64,000 nt of DNA from the NCBI GenBank assembly GCA_951406725.2, contig OX597831.1, forward strand, positions 57,226,001-57,290,000. Direction: 5' to 3'. The translations under genes and the position numbers were made by a program. This document shows, piece after piece, positions 1-13,820 of this stretch. Each line of letters starts with the position of its first letter. The stretch's first letter is position 1. The DNA comes from Octopus vulgaris. Its lineage: Eukaryota. The notes beneath the pieces were generated by a model that was not told where the DNA came from, searched no databases, and was given only the letters and a program-made list of their open reading frames with translations.

Positions 1-212
1 TATATATAAACGTATGTACATATGTGTGCGCGTGTGTTATGTACAATGTAGCTCCAGTGGTTAAATTGGAGCCATAGGTGTTGTTTTGGTCCCTGTGGTA
101 TACTCACTAGCAGTAATTAAAAATTAGATACGTTACAGCTGTACTTTATGTGTGTGAGTATATGTGCGAATGTATATTTAGTGGAGGTCCTTGTGCGTGC
201 ATGTGTCTGTGA

Positions 213-425
213 GCGTTTCAAATTTTGGCACAAGGCCACTATGTTCGGGGAAGGATGTATGTCGATAAATAAGCACCAGTGCTCAACTGGTGTAGATCTT
301 ATCGACTCCAAATGGATGAAAGACAAAGTTGACTTCGGTGGAATTTGAACTCTGAACGTATAAAAGGATGAAATGCCTCTAACCATTTTGTCCGGCGTCC
401 TAACGAGTCTACCGACTCACCACCC
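213..425 (-). mobile_element. tRNA-derived SINE family A (MetaSINE-like core), degraded copy
   Basis: Matches the other family A copies in the window: B box (gagttcaaattcc) and the reverse complement of the ctttcatcc...gtcgataa...gtaccag core. Confidence 0.7.
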
Positions 426-487
426 CGTGGGTGCGTGTATAATATTATAAGCAAGTGAGCCAACAATGTTATCATTTTTAAATTTAA

Positions 488-623
488 GGCGGCAAGCTGG
501 CAGAATGGTTAGCACGCCGGGAAAACTGCTTAGCCGCATTTCGTCCGTCTTATCGTTCTGAATTCAAACTCCGCCGGGGTCGATTTTGCCTTTCATCCTT
601 TCAGAGTCGATGAAATAAGTACT
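488..623 (+). mobile_element. SINE family A, 5' part, interrupted by the hammerhead-bearing element
   Basis: ggcggcaagctggcagaatggttagcacgccgg head, B box, and gcctttcatcctttcagagtcgatgaaataagtac core. Confidence 0.8.
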
Positions 624-977
<354 letters not shown>

Positions 978-1597
978 TGTAACCGACTGATGTTCGCTCA
1001 TGAATTCGAAGGCCACACTGGCCTTCTCTTGTGAGCGAATGGAGACCGAACAATTTTATTCTACATTATCATTTTGCTTTTTCTTTTTATCTCTGGTTAG
1101 CTCTGACCGACCAAGCCTGTGATCAAAGTCTTATTAGCCATAACAATCCCATCCTTTTCCCGTACGTTGTATATCTAGGACTACATTATCCAATGTGCCG
1201 CGCGCTCGCTTTTTTCCTGTTCAAGACGATAAGGTATAATTTGAGAGCAATTTAGCTGTTATTTTTTTAAGCTTATCATTGTCTCAATTATCGGGAATAT
1301 TTCTCCAGAGTTTATTGGTAAATAAATGAATGAATGAATGAATGAAAGGCTAAGAGATCTACTCACAGACGTTAAACAAACATCCGATGAGGAAAATTGA
1401 AGGAACTGATTCTATTTAAAGCAGCAATGATGACTGCTTACAATTGTTCATTACAATGGTTACAAATTTTGATACAAAGCCAGCAATTATAGGAGTGAGA
1501 TAGGATGGTCGATTACCTCGACACCACTGTCGAATTGAAAAACAGGTCGGTCTTGCCTGCATTTGCATTCAGTACGTAAAGAACCGGAAGCAATACA

Positions 1598-1990
1598 TAT
1601 TTCTTTACTGCCCACAAGGGACTAAACACAGAGGGGACAAACAAGGACAGACAAACGGATTAAGTCGATTACATCGACCCCAGTGCGTAACTGGTACTTA
1701 TTTAATCGACCCTGAAAGGATGAAAGGCAAAGTCGACCTTGGCGGAATTTGAACTCAGAACGTAACGGCAGACGAATACCTGTTTCTTTATTACCCACAA
1801 GGGGCTAAACATAGAGGAGACAAACAAGGACAGATAAACGGATTAAGTCGATTATCGACCCCAGTGCGTAACTGGTACTTATTTAATCGACCCCGAAAGG
1901 ATGAAAGGCAAAGTCGACCTCGGCGAAATTTGAACTCAGAACGTAACGGCAGACGAAATACTGCTAAACGTTTCTGCCAGCTTGCCACCT
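1598..1990 (-). mobile_element. SINE family A, dimeric young copy
   Basis: Two near-identical ~185 bp units (1598-1780 and 1781-1960) plus the head; same dimer as 15337-15720. Confidence 0.85.
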
Positions 1991-2089
1991 TTGTAATAAC
2001 TTTGTAATACCGGAAGTAATACCGCTTAGCATGTTGTCCAATGTGTTAACGATTCTACTAGTTCGCTTCCTTAATAACTAAGATGATAA

Positions 2090-2400
2090 TTGTTTCAAAT
2101 TTTGGCACAAAGCCACCAGTTTGCATGGGGTGGAAACGGTTAGTCGATTACTTGGCTGGTACTTTATTTTATCAACCTCGAAAGGATGTAAGTAAAGTTC
2201 ACCTCGGCGGGATATGAACCTGGAACGTAAAGAGCCTTAACAAATACAACAATGCCATTTTTTTACGATTCTCTAACAATTCTTTCTAGTTTTGACACAG
2301 GATCAACAATTTTGAGGGAAGGGGGGGGGATGAAAGTAAGAACTGACTTCAGCGGGATTTGAACGTAAAGAGCCGAAAGTGATGCCACTAAGCATGGTAA
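2090..2400 (-). mobile_element. SINE family A, adjacent degraded copies
   Basis: Partial core and B-box motifs. Confidence 0.55.
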
Positions 2401-2969
2401 TTCCGTGAGTACACTATTCTATGTCAATCCTATCTTATGTCTGTAGGTCTATGGATACAAGCATCTTGCGATTAAACTGTTCTGTGGCTGTTGAACCCTG
2501 TTGGTAAATGAACACTTGGCTTTATCATTCCATACTTACGTGGTCCTATGGTCATAAACTTCAGTGATATGCTCCTACAGCTATGACATAACATTTCAAT
2601 AGCAACATATGTCTACACCTTATCTACACCTTATAGCGCCCTTTGGTTAAAGATCTCATTGGCTCCAGTTCTACAATGCTAAATGTTTGAGATTGTTAGA
2701 AATCTCCATGAGAACTTCATATTTCTTTTCCAGCACTGACAGTTTGTCATGGATTCTTTTAGTGTCATTTAGTTTAATACTCGTTATCCAGCCGCATACA
2801 TAAACTCTGTGCATTCCAACTCTATGGTTTCGTGTTCAGTCCCACTGTATGGCAACTTGGGTAAGTAAGTATCTCTCACTGTAGCTTCTAGGCGATCAAA
2901 GCTTTTCTGAGTTGATTTGATGGATAGAAATTGGAAGAATCCCATCGGATATATCTATATATGAATATA

Positions 2970-3003
<34 letters not shown>

Positions 3004-3397
3004 AATTTTATTTAATTTTTTCGCAGGAAGGATTAGTTCGTCGAGACGTGTTCTGTCCTCACCTTCGAAACACGCTGGAGTTGAACTAGGGACGGCTGAT
3101 GAAGCGGATTTTTCCTTGTGTAGTTGTCTTGTACTCGGTTTTTTCGTTTTTAAAGGAATGGTCCGTTCCATGCTGTTTTTACGTTTTCGTTTCTCGTTGA
3201 GTTCTACGTCTATTTGTGGTGTCCTGCACACACGTATATATATTTATATATGAATGTATATACATGTAGATGTAGGTACGTACATATATGTTTGTATGTA
3301 TGCATATATTTTATTTATTACACTATTGTATGACTGAGCGTCTTCGCGTCGATTCGATTCGTTTGGTTTGGTTTGGTTTCTTCTTCTTCTCTAAGCT

Positions 3398-3439
<42 letters not shown>

Positions 3440-3444
3440 ATATA

Positions 3445-3687
3445 TACTTACATAATTAAAATGTCCGTGGCTTCATCAGTGCATTCGTTCAGTGTAAATG
3501 CAAGCTAAAAAACTAACGGAATTTTTTAGCGCGCCAGAGCCAAGACGTTTGAAATTTTATCCCTAATGTAATCGGTAAAACTAAGCACGTGTCTGTCTTG
3601 GCACAGAAAGCTGGGTTAGTTTTTCAGCTTGCATTTACACTGAACGAATGCACTGATGAAGCCACGGACATTTGAATTATGTAAGTA
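3445..3687. repeat. Inverted repeat, 73 bp arms (3445-3517 / 3615-3687)
   Basis: Arms are near-perfect reverse complements; abuts (TA)n on the left. Confidence 0.9.
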
Positions 3688-3723
3688 ATTCTTTTGTTAA
3701 AGGCCGAAACCGAGGTATACATT
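3647..3723 (+). ncRNA. Type I hammerhead motif with long loop II
   Basis: aatgca-CTGATGA-agcc...ggcc-GAAA-ccgagg-TA-tacatt. Confidence 0.7.
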
Positions 3724-3999
3724 TAATTCTGTTTTTTATATAAATTTTCATCTGTCCTGCCCGCCAAATTTGGTTCTGGTGTTCGCTGAATTTTTCCTCT
3801 AGAGAATTTCCTTTGTAGTTTGATCGTTGATGATCTATTTCTAGCATACGGCCGACTACCTAGCAGTCTCGCCCTGCCAATATACACATATATTAGAATT
3901 TTCTCTGACTTCTCAGATTTTTTGTATGCTAGACTACTGGTTTAAAATTGATATTAAAATTAATATTAATTTATCTCCCTCATTATTTAAATATATAAT

Positions 4000-4505
<506 letters not shown>

Positions 4506-4919
4506 TGCGTTTGACCCGTTTTTCTTGATATCACGTGATAGTTGTAAGATGTAAAAGTGTCCTTCGTTTCAAGACATCCATGAAAACATGTCCAGCCATA
4601 TCAGCTTATTTCAAACAAGTCAAGGTTGGCAACACGAAGAGCATCCGGTCTAGAAAATCTGGTTCAACGAAAACTGTCCGACCGATGGAAAAGTGAACGT
4701 GAAAGCGAAGATAATGATGATGAAGACGACGACGATGACGACACCGATGGCGATGACGACGATGACGAAGCCGATGGCGATGAGGAAGATGATGATGACA
4801 ATCATCAACATCCAAAAGAATTATTAGTTAATAATGAAATCGGTCGCTTTGATATTTTGATATTCATCCCTAACTACCGAAAAGAAAAACTCCACCACAC
4901 ACATGATTAATTTCACTAT

Positions 4920-4929
4920 GTCTCTCTCA

Positions 4930-5023
<94 letters not shown>

Positions 5024-5040
5024 GTATGTATGTATATATG

Positions 5041-5096
<56 letters not shown>

Positions 5097-5173
5097 CATA
5101 CGTATATATATACATATATATATATATACAGATATATACATATATATATATACATATATATACATATATATAC

Positions 5174-5232
<59 letters not shown>

Positions 5233-5330
5233 TATATATGTATATATATATGCATATATATATATACATGTATATATATATATATGTGTGTGTGTGTGTG
5301 CGTGTGTATGTATGTCTGTGTGTGTGTGTA
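4920..5330. repeat. Compound (TC)n(TA)n(TG)n microsatellite
   Basis: Direct observation. Confidence 0.95.
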
Positions 5331-5880
5331 TAAGCTCACGCTATATTGATACTGTATCGGTAATTATAGTCCAATTTTCAACCTTACATCATTATATAAT
5401 TGAGTTTTTGCCGAGAGACATACTTGTTCACAATGTAATATGTAACTTTTAGTTTGTATCATCAGCAATTTGAAAAGCAAGGGTGTGTGGTTAAGCCGTA
5501 ACTAAATACTAAGCGACATGTTGTCTGGTGGTCTTAACGATTCTATTAAACCACCAATGATTTCTAACTTTTGCAGAAGGTCATACATTTAGGATAATGA
5601 GCTCCACTGTTAATTGATAGCATAATTACATGGCTAATTAATTGATCGACCATGAGGTGAAAATGGAGTCGATTAACTCGTGATTTTGAACTTAAAATGT
5701 GATGTGAAATTGGCTTCATCCGGGAGTTGACTACATCATAATTTGCGGGAACTCACCATCACCAGTGGTCTCTCTCTCTCTTTCTACGCACACACACACA
5801 CATATATATGTATATATGTGTGTGTGTATACATACATACATACATACATACATATGTATATACATATATACACATACATA

Positions 5881-5936
<56 letters not shown>

Positions 5937-5940
5937 CATC

Positions 5941-5973
<33 letters not shown>

Positions 5974-6224
5974 AAAATATGTAGCACGACAGCAAGGACA
6001 GCGTCAATGACAAATATCGATATCGGTAATGAAATGATGATGATGATTATGATGATGATGATGATGATGAAACGATAACAAATCGGCCCAGTCTATTTTA
6101 GAGTCGTTCTTGTAGACGTTGTTAGTGCTGCGGTCGTTTAACCCTCCACTCAACCCTGATCAAGGGGCTCTATGACGAAAGACATTCCGACAACAAACTA
6201 TTTTATTTATTTATTTATTTAGTT

Positions 6225-6407
6225 ATGTGGCTTCGTGATTAAGAATTTCGCTTTGCAACCACAAAGTTTCGGATTCACTTGATCACTCTCACAGCGCGGC
6301 ATCTTTTACTATATAAACCGGGGCTGGCCAATGCCTTGTGAATGAATTTGGTAAACGAAAACTATGTGGAAACCCGTCATATACATATTACAAGTGAAGA
6401 TGTATCT

Positions 6408-6457
<50 letters not shown>

Positions 6458-6645
6458 TTGTGCTTGTATCTGTACCCACGCTTGTATTTGTACCAAGTTC
6501 CCGTAACTTAGCGGTTCGATCAAAGAGACCGATAAAATAAGTATCAGACTGCTGGGGTTGATTTGTTCGACTAAACCAATCAAGGCGGTGCTCCGGTATG
6601 GCCGCAATCCAATGACTGAAACAAGTTAAGAAAGATAAAGAAAAG
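6225..6645 (+). mobile_element. SINE family B (tRNA head, CORE-like block, internal microsatellite)
   Basis: Homologous to the full copy at 56506-56912; internal (TG)n. Confidence 0.75.
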
Positions 6646-6806
6646 CATAGGATCAAGACTGTCCTGCAGTATGTTTCGAGAGTTATTTGGTTACGATTTC
6701 TAGCCGGGCAAATGTCCGCCATACAATATTGATGTCCAAAGTTTTTGTAACTCCGTCACCCCATTTACCTATGTGCTACACCCTTTTTTTCACAATCGTT
6801 GAGTTC

Positions 6807-7041
6807 AGGGGTTCTTAACCGGGGTCCACGTGGCTCTTGGGTGGGGATCCATACAAGATTTTGTTAAAATTTATCTGTAGTTACCACTTCTTAAGGAAAC
6901 AATATTTTAACAATTGCTTTACAATTCGTCATAATATTTAATTATAAAAATATAAAGGAATTTTTTTAAACATCGAATGACTAGGAGGTTTATCTGAGTA
7001 AAATTGGAACCAAAGGAGTTCACAGGGTGGGGGGAACACTG
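6807..7041 (+). mobile_element. Possible hAT-type MITE
   Basis: caggggttcttaacc 5' end and degenerate gggaacactg 3' end. Confidence 0.35.
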
Positions 7042-8024
7042 GTTTAGTTAGTAGGAAGGACAATACTCATGACCCTTTACAAAGCCTCCAAACCTTGCAG
7101 GAGAGAGGGAAGAAAATATCTTCAAACCAAAACTTGGCTCAAATGTTTGCGAAGGAATGGACTCTTCTAAATACATCCAAAGACAAGATGGTGGCATTAA
7201 ACTGGATAATGGATGAAGTTTATCAATCCAGTAGAGGAAATTATAAGCTATAAACATTTTTTAAATGGATGTCATTACACCCCTAACTATTGCAAACAGT
7301 AACCTAAGATATCGTGACACCTCGGTTGGAAACCCGGCCACCATTTTAATGTACATAATGTGGGGGAGGGCATCTGAGTTTGATTATCAGACAAGGTCAG
7401 TTGCTAATTCTATGCTCTAATCACTGTGAGCTTCATCTTTAAAAAAGTGGTGATGATGATGAGGATGATGGTAAGGTCCACCTCAATCGGGATCAAGTAA
7501 ATTCTTGATCAAAAGCAATTCCAACCGTGGAAAACCATAGAGAAGCATTCCAGTCTTCGCCCGCCCCGCCTTTTTTTTCAGACATTGTTTTTTTTTCTTG
7601 AAATACATTATCAAATGTGTGCCCTTTTCCTTATACAACACCATGGAGAGTGGGGGGGATAAAAGATTTATATCACTAGCAGCTCGAAGTATCACCTAAA
7701 GGCTCTTTCGGATGCTCATAATTATGACTGGTATCTGTGGTGTTAATATTAACAACAACGACAACGACGATGACGACGACGACAAATGCAGCGAAACACA
7801 GTCCCCAAAAGATCGGTAACTGAATATACGTATTGATACGTTGCTTAGTGGCGCCAACTAGATAATGTTTACCTTGGTTCTTAATATTCTTTCGATTAAT
7901 TGCGTCCTGAAATAGTTACGACAATATTCATAGACACTCATGAAAACATACATCCAGATAGTTTCCCACCTGCATACATTCAAGCATATATGTATACATA
8001 TATACATACATTAAATAAAATTAT

Positions 8025-8085
<61 letters not shown>

Positions 8086-8210
8086 ATTATTATTTGAGGG
8101 AATAAAATTTTTCTAATTTTATATATATATATATGTATATATATATACGTATATGTTTATACATACACAAACACACACACATATATGTCTGCCTATCTCT
8201 CTCTCTCTCA

Positions 8211-8242
<32 letters not shown>

Positions 8243-8377
8243 ATATATATATATATATATAGTTGTCGTTAATTAGTTATATTGTAGAATGTAACTAATT
8301 AATTATATTGTGCTAGAGTATTGATTACTCCACATTGCGTTAAAGACACATTATAGTAAATACTATCATTGTCATTA

Positions 8378-8595
8378 AGGCGGCGAGCTGGCAGAATCGT
8401 TACCACGCCAGGAAAAATGCTTTGTGGTATTTCGTCTGTAGTTACGTTCTGACTTCAAATTTCGCCGAGGCCGACTTTGCCTTTCATCTTTCCATGGTCG
8501 GTAAAATAAGTACCAGTTGAGCACTGGAGTCGATGTAATCGACTTAACCCCTCCCCCAAAATGTCAGGCCTTGTTTCTGTAGTAGAAAGGATAAT
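8378..8595 (+). mobile_element. SINE family A, full-length
   Basis: Head ggcggcgagctggcagaatcgtta, core, and 3' ggccttgt..agtagaaagga end. Confidence 0.85.
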
Positions 8596-9379
8596 TGTAT
8601 TATACTTTAATTATGGCTGGACTATGGTGGTGTTAGAGCATGGGGGCTTTTCAGAACCCTCTTCTCATTCTTTCTGTTAATAGGATGGATAGAATCACCT
8701 TCTGTGTCTACTATGTACGTAGTAGATACAAACTGAGTACACTGCCTCGTTGAATTGTCAGATCTTATAGCTCTCACTTCGGCAGCTTCTGCGTCTAGTA
8801 TGTACACTGACTCAGTGAATAGTGTGACTGTCGGACCGTGTGCATGTACAGAAAGCGTTTTTATTTCGACGCTGTATATCAATCTGGAGTAAAAGAGGCA
8901 TTGTTGTCCTTTCTACATAGAGTGTTTAGATGCTGGGTTCGTTATGTTCACGTTCGTGTTCTTTGATATTATATTTATATCTCAACAATATACTTCCATG
9001 CATCTCGTGCTGCATACCACGTCCCTGACTTTGAAGTTTACAGGTGGGTTGTTTAATTTTAGATCTGCAATTGCTATCGGTAGAGGAGTCTTTGTAAAAT
9101 CAGTAAGGCCTACACATTAAGAATTAAATGAACATGTCTGTTTTTTTCCCTATAATGCTCTCCAACGTTGCATGCTAGTTCGCTCCGTGGTTACCATCCA
9201 ATTAAGCTAATAAATAAATATACTGTAGCAGAGGAGCATAGCCATTACTGGTATGAGTGTTTGACCTGGTAGCAAGTACTATGCTTTCGTTAATTGCAGT
9301 CATCTATGCAGTTGCGAGTAAACATAGATTTTCACTCGCCCCTCGCAACTTTGACCTAGCGGAACATTTAAGATGTGAT

Positions 9380-9566
9380 AGCTAGAGAGACTAGTAGGGG
9401 TGGGGGAGAAAAGCATCAATCGACGGTTGGCATTCATTTTCAAATCAATAGACTGGAACAACGTGAAATTAAGCAACATGCACAACACCACAATGCACTG
9501 TTCAGTCGAAGAACCGAACCTACAATGTCATGATCAAGAGGTCGATACGCTAACCACTAGACCATA
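9380..9566 (-). mobile_element. Degraded tRNA-derived SINE (family D)
   Basis: Reverse complement starts tggtctagtggttagcg..ggttcggttc; shares caacgtgaaat.aag with 49900-50135. Confidence 0.5.
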
Positions 9567-9759
9567 AAAAAATAACCCAACTACAGTCAATGCGCCCAAT
9601 TATTGGACATAATGATCCTTTTAAGCTACAAAATATACTTCCACTGCTTCTCAGTTGTGCAAAATACAGACACTTCGTTTGCATGTATACAGCTATGTAT
9701 GTATGTATGTATGTATGTATGTATGTATGTATGTATGTATGTATGTATGTCTACACACT

Positions 9760-9791
<32 letters not shown>

Positions 9792-9937
9792 CATATAATT
9801 CAAATTTACATAAAACAAATGACAAAGTCAGGTGTAGGAACAACAAGTAGGTGTATTACTTTAACGTTCGGGAAGAATGGAAAATGTTTTCACTATACGA
9901 GCCTACCTGGATATATGCATATGTGTGTGTTTGTGTC

Positions 9938-10002
<65 letters not shown>

Positions 10003-10005
<3 letters not shown>

Positions 10006-10181
10006 TCGCTAGCCACTACACATTCTTTATTTTCTCTCCTTGTTTCTTTCTGTATTCCTTTCTGTGGAAGAGCGTAGGTTCGAAACGTTAAAGACCTTTT
10101 CACTTCCCGAGCGTTATATTTATACATCTGTTTGTTGTCTACACCACCTGTCTTCGTCCTTTGTTTCTTTTTGTGAATTCT

Positions 10182-10185
<4 letters not shown>
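10003..10185 (+). mobile_element. ~190 bp non-coding hammerhead-bearing repeat within (TA)n
   Basis: Homologous copies at 22146-22342 and 44148-44360; motif at 10058-10093 reads cttt-CTGTGGA-a-GAGC-gtag-GTTC-GAAA-cgtt-aaag. Confidence 0.75.
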
Positions 10186-10228
<43 letters not shown>

Positions 10229-10739
10229 CATACATACTGGGAATTCAAATTAGTTTGTGAGATATTTTACTTGTACTCCATTGTTCATTGCTCCGCCACT
10301 TCCTATCTACCGTCTGCCTCCTGAATCAAACCTGTTTTTTTCTCTTTCTGCTTTTGTTTCCTTGCAATTAAATAGACCGATAGAATAAGTACTGGGCTTA
10401 CAAAGAATAAGTCCCGGGGTCGATTTGCTCGACTAAAGGCGGTGTCCCATGGCCGCAGTCAAATGACTGAAACAAGTGACACCAAAGCCTACGGGAGGAC
10501 GGAAGCTCGTTGCATATATATATATTATTCTATTTTATTCCTTATAAACTGGAACTTTCATATGTACTCACCTTGTCTCTGGTGGCGGAATACCCAGTGT
10601 ACGGACATGCTAGCTTATCACATAGGACATCTCAGAAACAGCTGTAAGGCTTCAAATTCACATTACCCTAAAATATTATAAATGACTTGAGATACTCGTC
10701 CTGCCTTGGTTTTTGTTGTCCTTTTCTTCTAATGTATGT

Positions 10740-10960
10740 ATGTATGTATGTTTTTTGGCCCTCAAAAGCGCTTGACAACTAGTGTTGGTGTGTTTACATC
10801 CCCGTAACTTAACACTTCGGTAAAAGAAACCGAGGGAATAAGTAGGCTTAAAGATAAAATTATAGGTACTGATGTGGATTCCTTTGACTATAAAGTCTTC
10901 AAAAGGGTGCCGCAGCATAACCAAAGTCTAATGCCAAAACAAGAAAAAGATAAAAGATAG
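10740..10960 (+). mobile_element. SINE family B, 3' half
   Basis: cgcttgacaac..gtgtgtttacatccccgtaactta..aaacaag.aaaaga tail. Confidence 0.7.
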
Positions 10961-11788
10961 AGTTAAAATGTAAAAAAAAAAAATCAAAGAACGGCCTCCT
11001 AAATTGTGGTAGATACTCTAAATTTTATAAAAATAGATTATTAGTCACGAAGCGCTGAAAGTATAGACTGGCAGCAATCTCTTTACATAATTTCAGTTCG
11101 AAGATTTTCAGCTTCTCTTCGGCAGCAGTGGTTATTTGCCTTCTTTCGAGATCTCACTCACTCACTCACTCATTCATTCACTCACTCGCTCGCTCACTCA
11201 CTCACTTACTCACTCACTCACTCACTCACTCACTCACTCACTCACTCACTCTCTCTTTGTCCCTCACTCTCTCTCTCTCTGTCCCTCACACACTCTCTCT
11301 CTCTCCCTCGTTCTCTCCTCTGTACAGCTGTACTATTTTACAAATAGTCTCTTAACACATACACACACACATACATGCGTGTGTATGTGTGTATGAGTGT
11401 GTGTGTGTGTATGCATATGCATATGTATACATGTATATGCATTTATCACATATACAAATACACACACAAACGTACGCATCCGCGCATGCAGACACACAAA
11501 TACAGATTTGAACAAAGCAAGTGCTTTTTTTTATTCTTTCACAAAGTAGATTTTACATACACCCACGGAAACTGAATTATATATTACTGAAACTTCTTCA
11601 TATAGGGAAAGGATTTCTCATAAAAACCAATGTTTTTTGTATAGAAAATTTTAGTGCAGGTTGTTACCAAAAGAGGTTTTGCAATAAAAGAACAATTGCA
11701 TTGTACAAACCGGTCAGACTGTCGATTGCCTTAACAATATTCAAAGTACGTTCTTCAATGCGTTTTTAGGCCATTTGACGAGACATCC

Positions 11789-11814
<26 letters not shown>

Positions 11815-11822
<8 letters not shown>

Positions 11823-12430
11823 TCTGAAATGCGAAAAGTTTGTTTGTCTGGTTTTGGCATTGAGAACGGGTTAAAGGCCACTTAGATCCCGTCGGATTGA
11901 CTCCAAAATTTACAGGGACATGTAAAATAAGGTGAGGATGCGAGTGGGCTAGAAATCTCCATCGTAAAAGGTGTCGTTGCTAGGGCCAAAACCACACTTT
12001 GACAAGTCTACTCTCATTCTTTTATGTATCTGTCTTCCTCCATCACTCACTCTCTTTCCTACCTTCCCATCACTTTCTATCTATAACGTCGTTTAACAGC
12101 GTCCTACATCCCTTCCTTTAACTTTCTCTCTATAACGTTATAGAGAGAAAGTGAAAGGAAGAGAGAAAGTAATAATGAGTGAATGAGAATAACGACAAAG
12201 GGTTTAAAAAGCATAAAAATATTTTCTTTCTCAACTTACTCACGATCTTTTGTTGTTTATAAATGGGAGAGAGATAGATAGAGAGTAAGAGAAAGCGAGG
12301 GAAAGTTTACTATCTTTCCCCCGCCGCCTTCACCAGCGCTGTCACACTCTCTCTCACTCTATGTCTGTGTGCATTCATAGAGAGAATTATCATCGCCACA
12401 ACCACCACACAATCATGAGAACAAATATAT
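11815..12430 (+). mobile_element. Possible Helitron-like non-autonomous fragment
   Basis: 5' end tatattctgaaatgcgaaaagtttgtttgtctg resembles Helitron 5' termini; no CTAG 3' end located. Confidence 0.3.
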
Positions 12431-12518
12431 ATTATGAATCAGATATTTATTGGGTTAATTTATATATGTGTGTGTGTGTGTTCTATATATAAATATGTAT
12501 ATATAATGTATATATATG

Positions 12519-12558
<40 letters not shown>

Positions 12559-12582
12559 TTGTATACATTTATATATATAATG

Positions 12583-12668
<86 letters not shown>

Positions 12669-12897
12669 AATAATGCGTATATATGTACTTATATATATAT
12701 ATATATATAATGTGTGCATTATGTGGTCGGTTGAGCTGAAAATATGCACACCTATGTTAAAAGTTTTGAGAATTAGCCTTAAGCATTTATTGGTATAGCC
12801 AATTTTAGATACGTACATACATATGTACATGCATACAGCTCCACATGCATACTTTATTATTAAAACTGCAAAAACTTCACAAAAATATCACAAAAAT

Positions 12898-12935
12898 CTG
12901 CTACTCAGAGTTTCACGCTCCCGTTCATCGGACAG
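12898..12935 (-). ncRNA. Minimal type I hammerhead, CCGAUGA core variant
   Basis: Reverse complement reads ctgt-CCGATGA-acg-ggag-cgt-GAAA-ctc-t-gag-TA-gcag. Confidence 0.7.
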
Positions 12936-13284
12936 CTGTGATTAAAACTAGGACAAGAATTAAGGTTATATGTATGAATATAGAGTACAATTTACATTAG
13001 CAGATGCACTTTTGAATTTGGTTTCATTTCATTGGTCGTTTCAAGTGTTTTTTTTAAGAAACGATGATATAAGATTAAATATCATATTGTGTAAAATCGA
13101 AGCAAACCTTAAATTGAATATAGATTTTAGTTTAGAAAGAAAAACATACATGCCCAGGGTAAATTAATTCATTTTAAAATAAATTTAATTAAAACGTGAG
13201 TCTGTTATAATAACATGTTCACTTGCAGAAAATGCAAAAGCATATAAATATAAAAATACATAGACAACGTTATTTACATAGAAA

Positions 13285-13404
13285 CGCATACATGCATCCA
13301 TTTATACATACACACACCAAAAACATATATACATATGTACGCTAATACGTAAAGAGCTGATACATACCTGCATACATACATACATACATACATACATACA
13401 TACA

Positions 13405-13437
<33 letters not shown>

Positions 13438-13750
13438 GCATAATACATACATACATACATACATACATACATGCATGCATACATACATGCATACATACAT
13501 ATATGCATGCATACATACATGCATACATACATACATGCATACATACATGCATACATACATACATACATACATACATACATACATACATACGTGCATGCAT
13601 ACATACATGCATACATACATGCATACATACATGCATAATACATACATACATACATACATACATACATACACACATACATACACACATACATACATAAATG
13701 CATGCATACATACATACATACATACATACATACATACATACATGTATACA
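13285..13750. repeat. (ATAC)n/(ATGC)n tetranucleotide array
   Basis: Direct observation. Confidence 0.95.
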
Positions 13751-13820
13751 TTCAAAACTGTGTGTGTGGTGTATTGAATAATAATACAAAAATAAAAATA
13801 GAATAAGAATAAATAAAAAT

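Noticed and set aside
3040-3110. GAAA...CTGATGA permuted hammerhead
   Set aside because: Stems I-III could not be paired convincingly.
10573-10668. Exon-like segment on the minus strand with AG and GTGAGT boundaries
   Set aside because: Stop codons in all three frames.
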